A DNA stretch of 64,000 nt from Chloroflexota bacterium (GCA_026713825.1 JAPONS010000008.1:10682-74681); one strand, 5' to 3'; counted from the first letter of the stretch, positions 25,675 through 33,214 are shown. The notes: a model not told the origin generated them from the letters alone. A program made the numbers and translations.

Positions 25675-25698
25675 GGGGGGCGGCTTGCGCCGCCCCCC
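25675..25698 (-). terminator. Intrinsic terminator of the collagen-like gene
   Basis: GGGGGGCGGC-ttgc-GCCGCCCCCC is a 10-bp GC stem. The minus strand continues CTTTCTCGTTTGC. Confidence 0.65.
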
Positions 25699-25730
25699 TC
25701 ATATGCTTCGTCTTGCGTGTCGCTTCCGGG

Positions 25731-26855
25731 CTAGCCCACCACGGTCGCGCAGATGACGTAGACCTCCAGCGTCCAACTGCCGCTCTGCTCCGACGTCTCT
25801 GCCGCGCTCGCCGTCCAGCCCAGCGGCTTGTCGCCGGGCACGCCCGTCCGCGCCGACGCCGGCAGGCTCACGCCTGCGCTTGCGCCCGTGATGCTCGCGC
25901 CGCCCGCGACCGCGAACAGGTCGCTGCCCGCGTCCGCGCACATCGCCGAGGCGGACTTGTCGTCGCTCGTGGAATCCGAGCTGACCTTCACAAGGGTCAG
26001 GTTGCTGATGCCGGGTTCACCCTGGACGCCCTGCGGGCCGTGCGGGCCCCCAGCGCCCGTGAGGCCGGGAGCGCCGCGTTCGCCGGCCTCACCCTGCGGG
26101 CCGCGCTCGCCCTGCGGGCCCTGCGGGCCAATCGCTCCGGGCGGGCCCATGACGCCCTCGTCACCCTTGATGCCCTGCGGGCCGGTCGGGCCTTGCGTCC
26201 CGGTCTCGCCCTGCGGCCCCTGCGGGCCAACCTCGCCCTGCGGGCCGCGCTGCCCGGGCGGGCCCTGCTCGCCCTGCTCGCCCTGGATCCCCTGGGGGCC
26301 CTGGATCCCCTGCGCGCCGACCAGACCCTGCGGACCCGGAGCACCAATCAGGCCCTGCGGGCCGGTCGGGCCTTGCGGTCCTATCGGGCCTGGCGGACCG
26401 CCGGCCGGGCCTCTCGGACCCTCCGGGCCTGCGGGACCTATCGGGCCCTCGGGACCTATCGGGCCGCGCTCACCCTGGGGACCCTCCGGCCCGGGCGGGC
26501 CGCCCTCCGGGCCGCGCTCACCCACCGGGCCTTGCGGTCCCTCCGCGCCAGTCGCGCCCTGCGGCCCGCGATCGCCCTCCGCCCCCTGCGGACCCTGCGA
26601 CCCCTGCGGGCCTGCCGGACCCCGAAGTCCAGGCGACCCAATCGGCCCCTGGGCTCCGTCCTGCCCCGCCGCTCCCGTCGGACCCTGCGGGCCCGTCGCC
26701 CCTTGCGGGCCCGCGACCCCTTGCGGGCCCGTCGGACCCTGATCGCCCGTGCACGCCGGGAGCAACAGGAGGCCCATCAGGAGGAGAAGTGGGATCCAAA
26801 GACTGCGCCGCCAGACGCTGGAAGACTTCAGGTGCTTCGTATCGACTACCCTCAT
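25731..26855 (-). CDS. Collagen triple-helix-repeat lipoprotein with ~95-aa C-terminal globular domain
   Basis: ORF trimmed to ATG 26855 behind an AAGGAAGG SD. It has a signal plus lipobox (LLLLPAC), then roughly 85 Gly-X-Y triplets ([19 protein letters not shown]...), then a non-repetitive tail ending [14 protein letters not shown]. Confidence 0.85.
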   Translation of the reverse strand: MRVVDTKHLKSSSVWRRSLWIPLLLLMGLLLLPACTGDQGPTGPQGVAGPQGATGPQGPTGAAGQDGAQGPIGSPGLRGPAGPQGSQGPQGAEGDRGPQGATGAEGPQGPVGERGPEGGPPGPEGPQGERGPIGPEGPIGPAGPEGPRGPAGGPPGPIGPQGPTGPQGLIGAPGPQGLVGAQGIQGPQGIQGEQGEQGPPGQRGPQGEVGPQGPQGETGTQGPTGPQGIKGDEGVMGPPGAIGPQGPQGERGPQGEAGERGAPGLTGAGGPHGPQGVQGEPGISNLTLVKVSSDSTSDDKSASAMCADAGSDLFAVAGGASITGASAGVSLPASARTGVPGDKPLGWTASAAETSEQSGSWTLEVYVICATVVG

Positions 26856-26893
26856 GGTGAGCGTACCTTCCTTAAGGAGTTTTTCCGTTTGCA

Positions 26894-26922
26894 AGACTAC
26901 TATAGCCGCCTACCTGTGTCAA
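26894..26922 (-). promoter_or_regulatory. Promoter TTGACA-17-TAGTCT for the collagen-like gene
   Basis: Minus strand: consensus TTGACA (26922-26917), 17-nt spacer, TAGTCT (26899-26894). Confidence 0.5.
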
Positions 26923-27055
26923 GGAACCTGACAAGCAATTTTTGCCATCCCTGCAACATCTCCCGCGGCCCCAAACCTGCGCCCTCGCGCGCCCCCATCG
27001 ACCGCGCCGCCAAACCCCCGCGACGCCCCCATCGACGCCCCGCGCCCGCGAGCCG

Positions 27056-27895
27056 CTAGCTCGCACGCCGACGCCGCGCCCACACCAGCCCCAGCAGCCC
27101 CAGCCCCGCCAGCAGCACGTACCCGTCCGCCCGCGACCCCTGCCCGCACGTCCCCGGCTCGTCCGGCTCCGGCGTCGGCGTCGCCTCCACCTCCGGTGTC
27201 GCCGTCGGCGTCGCCGTCACGATGATCGGCGGCAACGGCGTCGGCGTCGGCGCCGGCGTCGCCGTCGGCTCCGGCGTCGGCACAGCCGTCGCCGTCGGCA
27301 CTGCCGTCGGCGATGGCGTCGGTGTCTCCGTCGCCACAGCCGTAGCCGTCGGCGATGGCACAGGCGTCGCCGGGACCGCCGTCGGCGTGGCCGTTGCCGC
27401 CGGTGTCGGCGTCGCTGTCGGATCCGGCGCCGGCGGCAGCGCCGGGAACGTCAGGTTGAACCCGTCCACGACGTTCGGTCCCGGAATGAACGTCGCCACC
27501 TCCGCCGCCGTCAGCCCCTCCGGCCCCAGGTGCGCCGTGATCGTGTTCTCCACCGCGATGATGTGGAAGCTGATGTTGCGGAAGTTGAACACCACGTTGG
27601 TGGGCCCGACGATGAGGTTCTGGTACTCGCCGTTCCTGGTGGCCCGCGGCCGCGACTCGTAGCCGTCGATGACGGGGCTGGGGCTCTCTATCCGCGCGAC
27701 GACCATCAGCCCTTGTGGCGCGGCCTCTCCCCCGACCGTCACCGTGCCCGAGTACGTGACCGGGCCCGGCGGCGGCTGTCCTCCTATCTGGGCCTGGACG
27801 TCCCGCCCGCCAGCCAGCGCAAACGCCAGCAGCGCGGCAAAGACGGCAAACGTCAGGATGAGGGCAACCCTGGTGCGGTGTGCTGCAAGTAGCAT
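27056..27895 (-). CDS. Secreted protein: signal peptide, ~125-aa domain, Pro/Thr-rich linker, Cys-containing C-terminal TM + Arg-rich tail
   Basis: ORF trimmed to ATG 27895. Signal MLLAAHRTRVALILTFAVFAALLAFALAGGRDVQAQ, linker ...PTATPTPAATATPTAVPATPVPSPTA..., and C-terminus ...PEPDEPGTCGQGSRADGYVLLAGLGLLGLVWARRRRAS. Confidence 0.75.
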   Translation of the reverse strand: MLLAAHRTRVALILTFAVFAALLAFALAGGRDVQAQIGGQPPPGPVTYSGTVTVGGEAAPQGLMVVARIESPSPVIDGYESRPRATRNGEYQNLIVGPTNVVFNFRNISFHIIAVENTITAHLGPEGLTAAEVATFIPGPNVVDGFNLTFPALPPAPDPTATPTPAATATPTAVPATPVPSPTATAVATETPTPSPTAVPTATAVPTPEPTATPAPTPTPLPPIIVTATPTATPEVEATPTPEPDEPGTCGQGSRADGYVLLAGLGLLGLVWARRRRAS

Positions 27896-28001
27896 GGTCT
27901 TCTCCCGTATCTGAAAGCTCACCAACAGTGAGCCATATTCGTGGCCTTCCCGGGTGGACGCCGCTCAAAACACAACGGCCCGGTCAGCCGACCTGTACAG
28001 G

Positions 28002-28030
28002 ATTATCCCCGCTCACCGCGCATTGGTCAA
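28002..28030 (-). promoter_or_regulatory. Promoter TTGACC-17-GATAAT for the Pro/Thr-rich protein gene
   Basis: Minus strand: TTGACC (28030-28025), 17-nt spacer, GATAAT (28007-28002). This predicts a ~100-nt leader. Confidence 0.5.
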
Positions 28031-28066
28031 GAGGCGGGAGTCGTCTACCCCTCATACCCCTTCTGC

Positions 28067-28117
28067 GTCATTCCTGCGAAGCATGCCCCGTACCCCGATA
28101 CGGGGGCAGGAATCCAG
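28067..28117. repeat. Hairpin repeat HP-A with nested hairpin (twin of 16984-17034)
   Basis: GTCATTCCTGCGAAGC[ATGCCCCGTACCCCGATACGGGGG]CAGGAATCCAG. Confidence 0.8.
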
Positions 28118-28174
28118 GGCCCTCACCCCCAACCCCCATCGAAGCCCCTCAGCACCCCCACACCCCCTACCCCT

Positions 28175-28199
28175 CATACCGGTGCATACCGGTATCCAG
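28175..28199. repeat. Hairpin repeat HP-B variant
   Basis: CATACCGGTGCATACCGGTATCCAG. Confidence 0.7.
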
Positions 28200-28280
28200 A
28201 AACCCCGCACCCCAACCCCCTCCGCATCACCCAGCTCCCCCCCACACACAACGCCAAGCCCGCCCCCCAGGCAAATCGAA

Positions 28281-28312
28281 GGGGGCCTCCCCCCGCGAGG
28301 AGGGAGGCCCCC
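28281..28312 (-). terminator. Hairpin terminator downstream of the giant surface-protein gene
   Basis: GGGGGCCTCCC...GGGAGGCCCCC has 11-bp arms. The minus strand continues TTCGATTTGCC. Confidence 0.5.
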
Positions 28313-28344
28313 AATTGGCCTTGCCTTGGCGATGCTACGGGGCG

Positions 28345-31300
28345 TTACGGGATGAGCACCCCGTCCGCGGTGGCGTAGAGCCAGTAGCCCTTGCCCACCG
28401 TTACCGGCGCCTTCAGGACGACCCGGTCGTTGTCGTCGAACTTGTTGGGGTCGTTCTCGTCCGCGCCGACGGGGTCGGCCTCAACCACAGGATCTGCAGT
28501 CGAATCGGCCTTCACTGCGTCACCGGTGTCGCGTTCCGTGTATGCGCCCATCTGGCACGGCTCGGTCCCGTCCAGCACCTTCTCCGCGTCAGGCTTCTTG
28601 CCGGTGCATGGGTTGGTGTCATCCACGCCCACGGTCACCGTGTCGCCGGGGGTCACGGAGCTCCAGACCCTGGACAGGGTTTCAAAGGTCAGGGCCTTCA
28701 ACCAGCCCGCGTTGGAGCCGGACCTGAGGGTGCCGAAGTAGTCGTCCGCTGCGACGCCCTCAGGGGCGGGCACGGAAATTGTGATCACGGGCACCAGGTT
28801 CCAGCCTTCCACCACTGTGACGGCGGGCGGCTGAATGTTCGCTGAGGCAGAGGTCGTCAGCGCCGGCCGCAACATCTTCAACGGCTGGAAGTTCTCCGTC
28901 CGTACGAAGTAGGCCGTACTGGCCGTCATCGCGACGATGTCGCCCACAAAGTTCCCCGTCTCCGTGTCCCGGCGGGAGAACAACCACGTCTGGTTGACGT
29001 TGTCAAAGGTCATGACAATGCTCACCGGGTGCGTGGGCGGTATCACGCTGTTGATGGCCGGGTTGGCTGGCTGGAAGGGCAGCGAGATCAGGTTCCAGCC
29101 GGGAGACAAGTCGATCTCCACCGGCTTGGGCTTGACCACGTCCCAGGATGCCTTCAGGTCCGCGGATCCGTCGATCTGTGTGTTCCCCGCCTGGTCCACG
29201 GCCTGCACCGTCAGCGTGTAAGCGCCGATCTTGGGGTTCAGCAGCGGAATGGTGAACTTCACGTTGTCCGGCGTGGTGACGCCCGTGGTCAGGTCTATGG
29301 TGCTGGGCTCCGTGGTGCCGTCCGGAAGCCGGATGCTCAGCTTGGCGGAGGTCAGCGTCACCGTCTTGTAGCTGTCCCGCGCGTACTCATCCCCTTCCAT
29401 CGTAAAGTCCACCGTCACGATGAGAGGGTCAACCTGCTCCACGTTGTCGGCGGTGCCGGACTTGTTTGCCACGTCCTTAACGCTGGCAACGTCGAATTGC
29501 GGAGGCACGCCCTTGTTCAGCTTCTTGTCCAACTCAAAGGTGAAGGAGCCGGGGTCGGCCGCGGAATCACTGTCGCCCGCCGTGCTCTCGACCTCACTGG
29601 TGTCCGCGGCCTTCACGTAGACGCTGAACTCTCCGCCGTCGGAGTTCTCATGCGTGTAGGTGTAGCTCATGGAACCCGTCTGCCTCACCGGACTCCTTGC
29701 AGTCGCGCCCTCGGCTTCGGCTTCGGCGTCGCCATTGGCGGCGGCCTCGGTGACGTACACCGTCGGCGTCGCGTTCAGTTGCTCGTCCGTGGTGATCGTG
29801 ACCGTCACCTTGTCGTTGCTCAGGTCCGCGCTCTTGGACAGGTTGAGGTTCGGCCCCAGCTTGTCAACGGCCCTTGTCCGCACGGCGGTCACGGCGTTGC
29901 CGGCCTTGTCCCGGATCTGGGAACCGGCGATGTCCACCCACGGCCTCTCCGTGGAACCCAGGTTGTCCGCCAGAGTCAAGTAGACTCTGTTGCCGACCGT
30001 CCGCACGGACTCCACCGTGTGGCCGCTGACGCTGAAGGCGGCTTCCGTCACGGTGTCGGCGTCGATGCCGCTGCCGGGGGCGGTGCTGTCGGTCTTGCCC
30101 TCGTCCGCGAAGGTGACCTTGATGGAGTTCTTCTGGGCCTTGTCCGCCTTCGTGGTAGCGTTGTAGCCAATGCCCGTCACCACCGGGTTGCCGCTGGCCA
30201 GCGCCGGATTGACGCTGTCTATGGTGATGAGGTTGGTGCCAAGGATCTCATAGGTGTCCTTGGGCGCAGGTTGGCAGGCGGTAAGCTGGTCGGCTGCGAC
30301 CTCGTCATCTTCACCATTCTCCTTGGTTCGGGTTGCAGTAGTAACCGTGGCGGGGGCGGTAGGAGCAGTGCGCGTATAGTCGTCTCTAGCATCAACCGGG
30401 CACTGATAACCGCCCGTTCCGATTAGAGGGGTGGAATCGGCGGCAGCGGAGTCGCTAGGGACATCCTTCACCGCATCGTCAAAGAGCGGGTCGTACGTCT
30501 CTCCCGCCGTTATTTCGTTCGCGACCACGAAAGTGCCGTTTGACCCCGTAAAGGTTACGGACTGGTTGTTGCTCACAAACGTGTTGGTCCCAACCTTCTT
30601 GCTCACTCTGACGCGGCTGCCCAGGAAGGTGTTATCGCTGAGGTTGCCGCTGAATTTGCTGTCGACTATCGTTCCCGCCGCGCTCCCCACGCCGGCAGTG
30701 CCGGAGACGGAGCCGCTGGTCCGCTGCGAGTTGTTGGCCTCGTCTCGCACCTCGAAGTACCACGGCACGTTGGTGGCGATGGCCTGCAGGGCGGTGGAGT
30801 TGAGGGTCTTGCTGACCCGCCAGCCGTCGTCGATCTTGGTGAAGTCGCCCTCGACGAGGTTCACCACGTTGCCCGCGACCACCAGGCGCACGCCGCCCTC
30901 CCTGGTCAAGCTATTGTTTGCGGGAGGATCGCCGTCCGAGGTCAGGATGCCTGCGTCAGACAGGTTCGCACCGAGCCCGTTGTCGCCCGTGAACTTGGCG
31001 GCGAAGCCGGAGACGCTGTCCGTGATGTCCGCGCTGAAGGTGATGTTGGCGTTCCCCTTGACTATGAGGCCGGGAGCAGGGGAACTGGACACCAGGGACG
31101 GCCTTCCGTTGTCCACCCTCACCGTCTTGACGGAGCCGAAGGTGTTGTCGTCGGGTGTGTAGCTCACCTGGATCCGGTTGCCGTTGAAGGCCTTCACCTG
31201 GTAGGCGTTACCGGTGGTGCATTCGCCCTCGTCATAGGCACTGTCGGTGGTGCCGTCACCCGATTCACCGTTGATGTCGCACCTTGCGTCCACCAAGCCG

Positions 31301-31719
31301 CTGCTCTTGTGAACGGCCTCAATGGTTACAAGAGCGGCAATGGGGATGGTCTTCGGGTTCGCGTCCGGCCCGTCTAGCGCTGTGCCGTCCGCGACAGCAA
31401 CCTTTTGCGTCACCCGCGGCAGGTCCAGGTTCTGGATCGTCACCTCGCCATCGGTTACGGCCGCGATTGTAAACAGGTTGTCGCCAGTGGAATTCTCGTC
31501 GGGGGCGCCGGTAGTAGGTTCTTCAGCGTCCGCCGCATTGTCCCCTGACCGGTCATACAGGGTGCAGCCGGCTAGGCTGTTGGAGCAGACAAACGACTGG
31601 GATGGCTCTCCCGGTCCCGGCGTCTGCGCCTGCACCGTCGGCTGCGTGCTCAGGCCCATGACCACCAGCAGCAGCGCAAACGCTGCCAGGGCCGCCGTCA
31701 TCTTGAAGTATCTGTTCAT
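28345..31719 (-). CDS. 1125-aa secreted surface protein, S-layer-like (Ig-like repeats of the SbsA/Big type)
   Basis: ORF trimmed to ATG 31719 behind an AAGGGAAGGA SD. Signal peptide MNRYFKMTAALAAFALLLVVMGLSTQPTVQAQ. Motifs IRDKAGNAV and AVDQAGNTQ in beta-rich repeats, plus GWNLISLP and GWNLVPV near the C-terminus. No TM anchor. Confidence 0.8.
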   Translation of the reverse strand: MNRYFKMTAALAAFALLLVVMGLSTQPTVQAQTPGPGEPSQSFVCSNSLAGCTLYDRSGDNAADAEEPTTGAPDENSTGDNLFTIAAVTDGEVTIQNLDLPRVTQKVAVADGTALDGPDANPKTIPIAALVTIEAVHKSSGLVDARCDINGESGDGTTDSAYDEGECTTGNAYQVKAFNGNRIQVSYTPDDNTFGSVKTVRVDNGRPSLVSSSPAPGLIVKGNANITFSADITDSVSGFAAKFTGDNGLGANLSDAGILTSDGDPPANNSLTREGGVRLVVAGNVVNLVEGDFTKIDDGWRVSKTLNSTALQAIATNVPWYFEVRDEANNSQRTSGSVSGTAGVGSAAGTIVDSKFSGNLSDNTFLGSRVRVSKKVGTNTFVSNNQSVTFTGSNGTFVVANEITAGETYDPLFDDAVKDVPSDSAAADSTPLIGTGGYQCPVDARDDYTRTAPTAPATVTTATRTKENGEDDEVAADQLTACQPAPKDTYEILGTNLITIDSVNPALASGNPVVTGIGYNATTKADKAQKNSIKVTFADEGKTDSTAPGSGIDADTVTEAAFSVSGHTVESVRTVGNRVYLTLADNLGSTERPWVDIAGSQIRDKAGNAVTAVRTRAVDKLGPNLNLSKSADLSNDKVTVTITTDEQLNATPTVYVTEAAANGDAEAEAEGATARSPVRQTGSMSYTYTHENSDGGEFSVYVKAADTSEVESTAGDSDSAADPGSFTFELDKKLNKGVPPQFDVASVKDVANKSGTADNVEQVDPLIVTVDFTMEGDEYARDSYKTVTLTSAKLSIRLPDGTTEPSTIDLTTGVTTPDNVKFTIPLLNPKIGAYTLTVQAVDQAGNTQIDGSADLKASWDVVKPKPVEIDLSPGWNLISLPFQPANPAINSVIPPTHPVSIVMTFDNVNQTWLFSRRDTETGNFVGDIVAMTASTAYFVRTENFQPLKMLRPALTTSASANIQPPAVTVVEGWNLVPVITISVPAPEGVAADDYFGTLRSGSNAGWLKALTFETLSRVWSSVTPGDTVTVGVDDTNPCTGKKPDAEKVLDGTEPCQMGAYTERDTGDAVKADSTADPVVEADPVGADENDPNKFDDNDRVVLKAPVTVGKGYWLYATADGVLIP

Positions 31720-31864
31720 TGTCCTTCCCTTTCGTGGGTGTTTGGGATGTCCCCTCGGCCCCGCCGGGGGAGTGTTCATCTCGGCCTCCCCGCATTCCCT
31801 GCGGGGTCAGCCGTCACGGTCCGGCTCTGGAGCGGGTCCCGCATCGGCTCGCCCAAGTGCGCCT

Positions 31865-31932
31865 CCGTTCGCCCCAAGGCTCTCGTGGGAGCCTGTCCTG
31901 AGGCTCTCGCCTGTCCTGAGGCTCTCGAAGGA
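31865..31932. repeat. Three tandem copies of repeat family R-D (variant CCTGTCCTGAGGCTCTCGAAGG)
   Basis: CCGTTCGCCCCAAGGCTCTCGTGGGA + GCCTGTCCTGAGGCTCTCG + CCTGTCCTGAGGCTCTCGAAGGA. Confidence 0.75.
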
Positions 31933-32060
31933 CGCGGGCGGACGCCAACGCGGGATAGCCACCTCCTTTCGGCGGCTCACCGGCGCCCCGCCCCCCCAGG
32001 GGCAGACGCGATGCAGCGCTCGCCAGTCTGTACTCCGTCACCTGGACCTTCTTTCTTAGC

Positions 32061-32083
32061 CCTGTCCTGAGGCTCTCGAAGGG
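32061..32083. repeat. Repeat R-D variant
   Basis: CCTGTCCTGAGGCTCTCGAAGGG. Confidence 0.75.
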
Positions 32084-32123
32084 CCCATCGGCCATAGCCA
32101 ACAACACGGCACAGCCCAAAGGG

Positions 32124-32146
32124 CCTGTCCTGAGGCTCTCGAAGGG
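32124..32146. repeat. Repeat R-D variant
   Basis: CCTGTCCTGAGGCTCTCGAAGGG, identical to 32061-32083. Confidence 0.75.
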
Positions 32147-32199
32147 CTCCTCAACCCTATAACGGAACCCCGCCAATGTTTGTTCCACCACCCCGGCGG

Positions 32200-32427
32200 C
32201 TAGCCCTGGAAGGCGGCAAACCCCCCAATGATGGCGGCGGCAAGGACCACCGCCCCGCCTAACACCGCCAGCGTCAGCCGGTCGATGCGGGCGTTGACGG
32301 CGGCGATAGCCGCCGTGTGGACGCGCTGCTGCTCTATCACCATCTCCAACAACCCCTCCAGCCGCCCAACACGAAGGGCAAGCTCCTGGGCCTGCTCGGT
32401 CTGCGGTGGCTGCTGCTGCGTCGTCAT
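32200..32427 (-). CDS. Small tail-anchored coiled-coil membrane protein, paralog 1 (75 aa)
   Basis: MTTQQQPPQTEQAQELALRVGRLEGLLEMVIEQQRVHTAAIAAVNARIDRLTLAVLGGAVVLAAAIIGGFAAFQG. A GGAGG SD precedes it, and it has its own extended -10 promoter. Confidence 0.65.
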   Translation of the reverse strand: MTTQQQPPQTEQAQELALRVGRLEGLLEMVIEQQRVHTAAIAAVNARIDRLTLAVLGGAVVLAAAIIGGFAAFQG

Positions 32428-32450
32428 CGCCGGTCACGCCTCCGTGGGGA

Positions 32451-32459
32451 AGTATACCA
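32451..32459 (-). promoter_or_regulatory. Extended -10 promoter TGGTATACT (paralog 1)
   Basis: Minus strand GTGGTATACTTCCCCACGGAGGCGTGACCGGCG-ATG. Confidence 0.5.
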
Positions 32460-32491
32460 CAAGCAGGCGGGGGAGCCGGGCGGGAACGGAG

Positions 32492-32740
32492 CTAGCCCTG
32501 GAAGGCCGCAAACCCCCCGATGATGGCGGCGGCAAGGACCACGGCCCCGCCCATCACAGCAAGCGTCATCCGATCAATGCGCTCGCTCAGCCGGTCGATG
32601 CGGGCTTCCAAACGGTCCATGCGATCGCTCAGCCCCCGCTGCTGCTCTATCACCGCCTCCATCAACCCCTCCAGCCGCCCAACACGAAGGGCAAGCTCCT
32701 GGGGCTGCTCAGTCTGCGGCTGGTCCTGCTGCGTCGTCAT
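32492..32740 (-). CDS. Small tail-anchored coiled-coil membrane protein, paralog 2 (82 aa)
   Basis: MTTQQDQPQTEQPQELALRVGRLEGLMEAVIEQQRGLSDRMDRLEARIDRLSERIDRMTLAVMGGAVVLAAAIIGGFAAFQG. The ends are near-identical to paralog 1 and the centre differs by one heptad. Confidence 0.65.
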   Translation of the reverse strand: MTTQQDQPQTEQPQELALRVGRLEGLMEAVIEQQRGLSDRMDRLEARIDRLSERIDRMTLAVMGGAVVLAAAIIGGFAAFQG

Positions 32741-32763
32741 CGCCCCTCACGCCTCCGTGGGGA

Positions 32764-32772
32764 AGTATACCA
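32764..32772 (-). promoter_or_regulatory. Extended -10 promoter TGGTATACT (paralog 2)
   Basis: Minus strand GTGGTATACTTCCCCACGGAGGCGTGAGGGGCG-ATG, the same leader as paralog 1. Confidence 0.5.
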
Positions 32773-32789
32773 CACCCCCCACCCCCAAC

Positions 32790-32816
32790 CCGTTCGCCCT
32801 GAGGGAAATCGAAGGG
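32790..32816. repeat. Repeat R-D (CCGTTCGCCCTGAGGGAAATCGAAGGG)
   Basis: Exact 27-mer shared with 33069 and 33162. Confidence 0.8.
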
Positions 32817-33068
32817 CCCACCCTGACACAACCCCCTTGCGACTACACCCCCAACCCCGCTACCCTCCCCCCATGTCGACTAAAGCCCCAACCACCAACG
32901 CCGCCGCCATCACAACAGGCGCCCCCGAAAACCCCCAACCAGAGGCCAAAATGCAAAAAAAATTGGACTCCAACCTAAAATCCGACACATCCCCTACAAA
33001 ACAAACCAGAAACAACCTCCCCCCCACCTACGGCGTTCCGACGCACAAATACCAAACCAATCCCCCTC

Positions 33069-33097
33069 CCGTTCGCCCTGAGGGAAATCGAAGGGGG
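33069..33097. repeat. Repeat R-D
   Basis: CCGTTCGCCCTGAGGGAAATCGAAGGGGG. Confidence 0.8.
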
Positions 33098-33134
33098 AAC
33101 CGGGGCCCGCAGGCCCGCCGGCGTCGGGGTTGGG

Positions 33135-33190
33135 CCGTTCGCCCTGAGGGAAATCGTTGGGCCGTTCGCCCTGAGGGAAATCGAAGGGGG
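33135..33190. repeat. Two tandem R-D copies (first truncated)
   Basis: CCGTTCGCCCTGAGGGAAATCG-ttggg-CCGTTCGCCCTGAGGGAAATCGAAGGGGG. Confidence 0.8.
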
Positions 33191-33214
33191 AACCTGACCC
33201 CCCGCACCCCAGCC

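Noticed and set aside
25713-27059. 448-aa and 304-aa plus-strand ORFs across the collagen-like gene.
   Set aside because: They arise from GGN/CCN periodicity read on the opposite strand. The minus-strand frame has a signal peptide, lipobox, SD, promoter and terminator.
32200-32740. Interpretation of the XhlA-like small proteins as part of a prophage lysis cassette.
   Set aside because: No holin, endolysin, terminase, integrase or other phage gene is adjacent. The neighbours are envelope proteins and an MFS transporter.
33069-33190. Possible CRISPR array formed by repeated 27-29-nt units.
   Set aside because: Spacing is irregular (37 nt then 5 nt). Only three local copies are present, the same unit is dispersed elsewhere, and no cas genes or leader are nearby.
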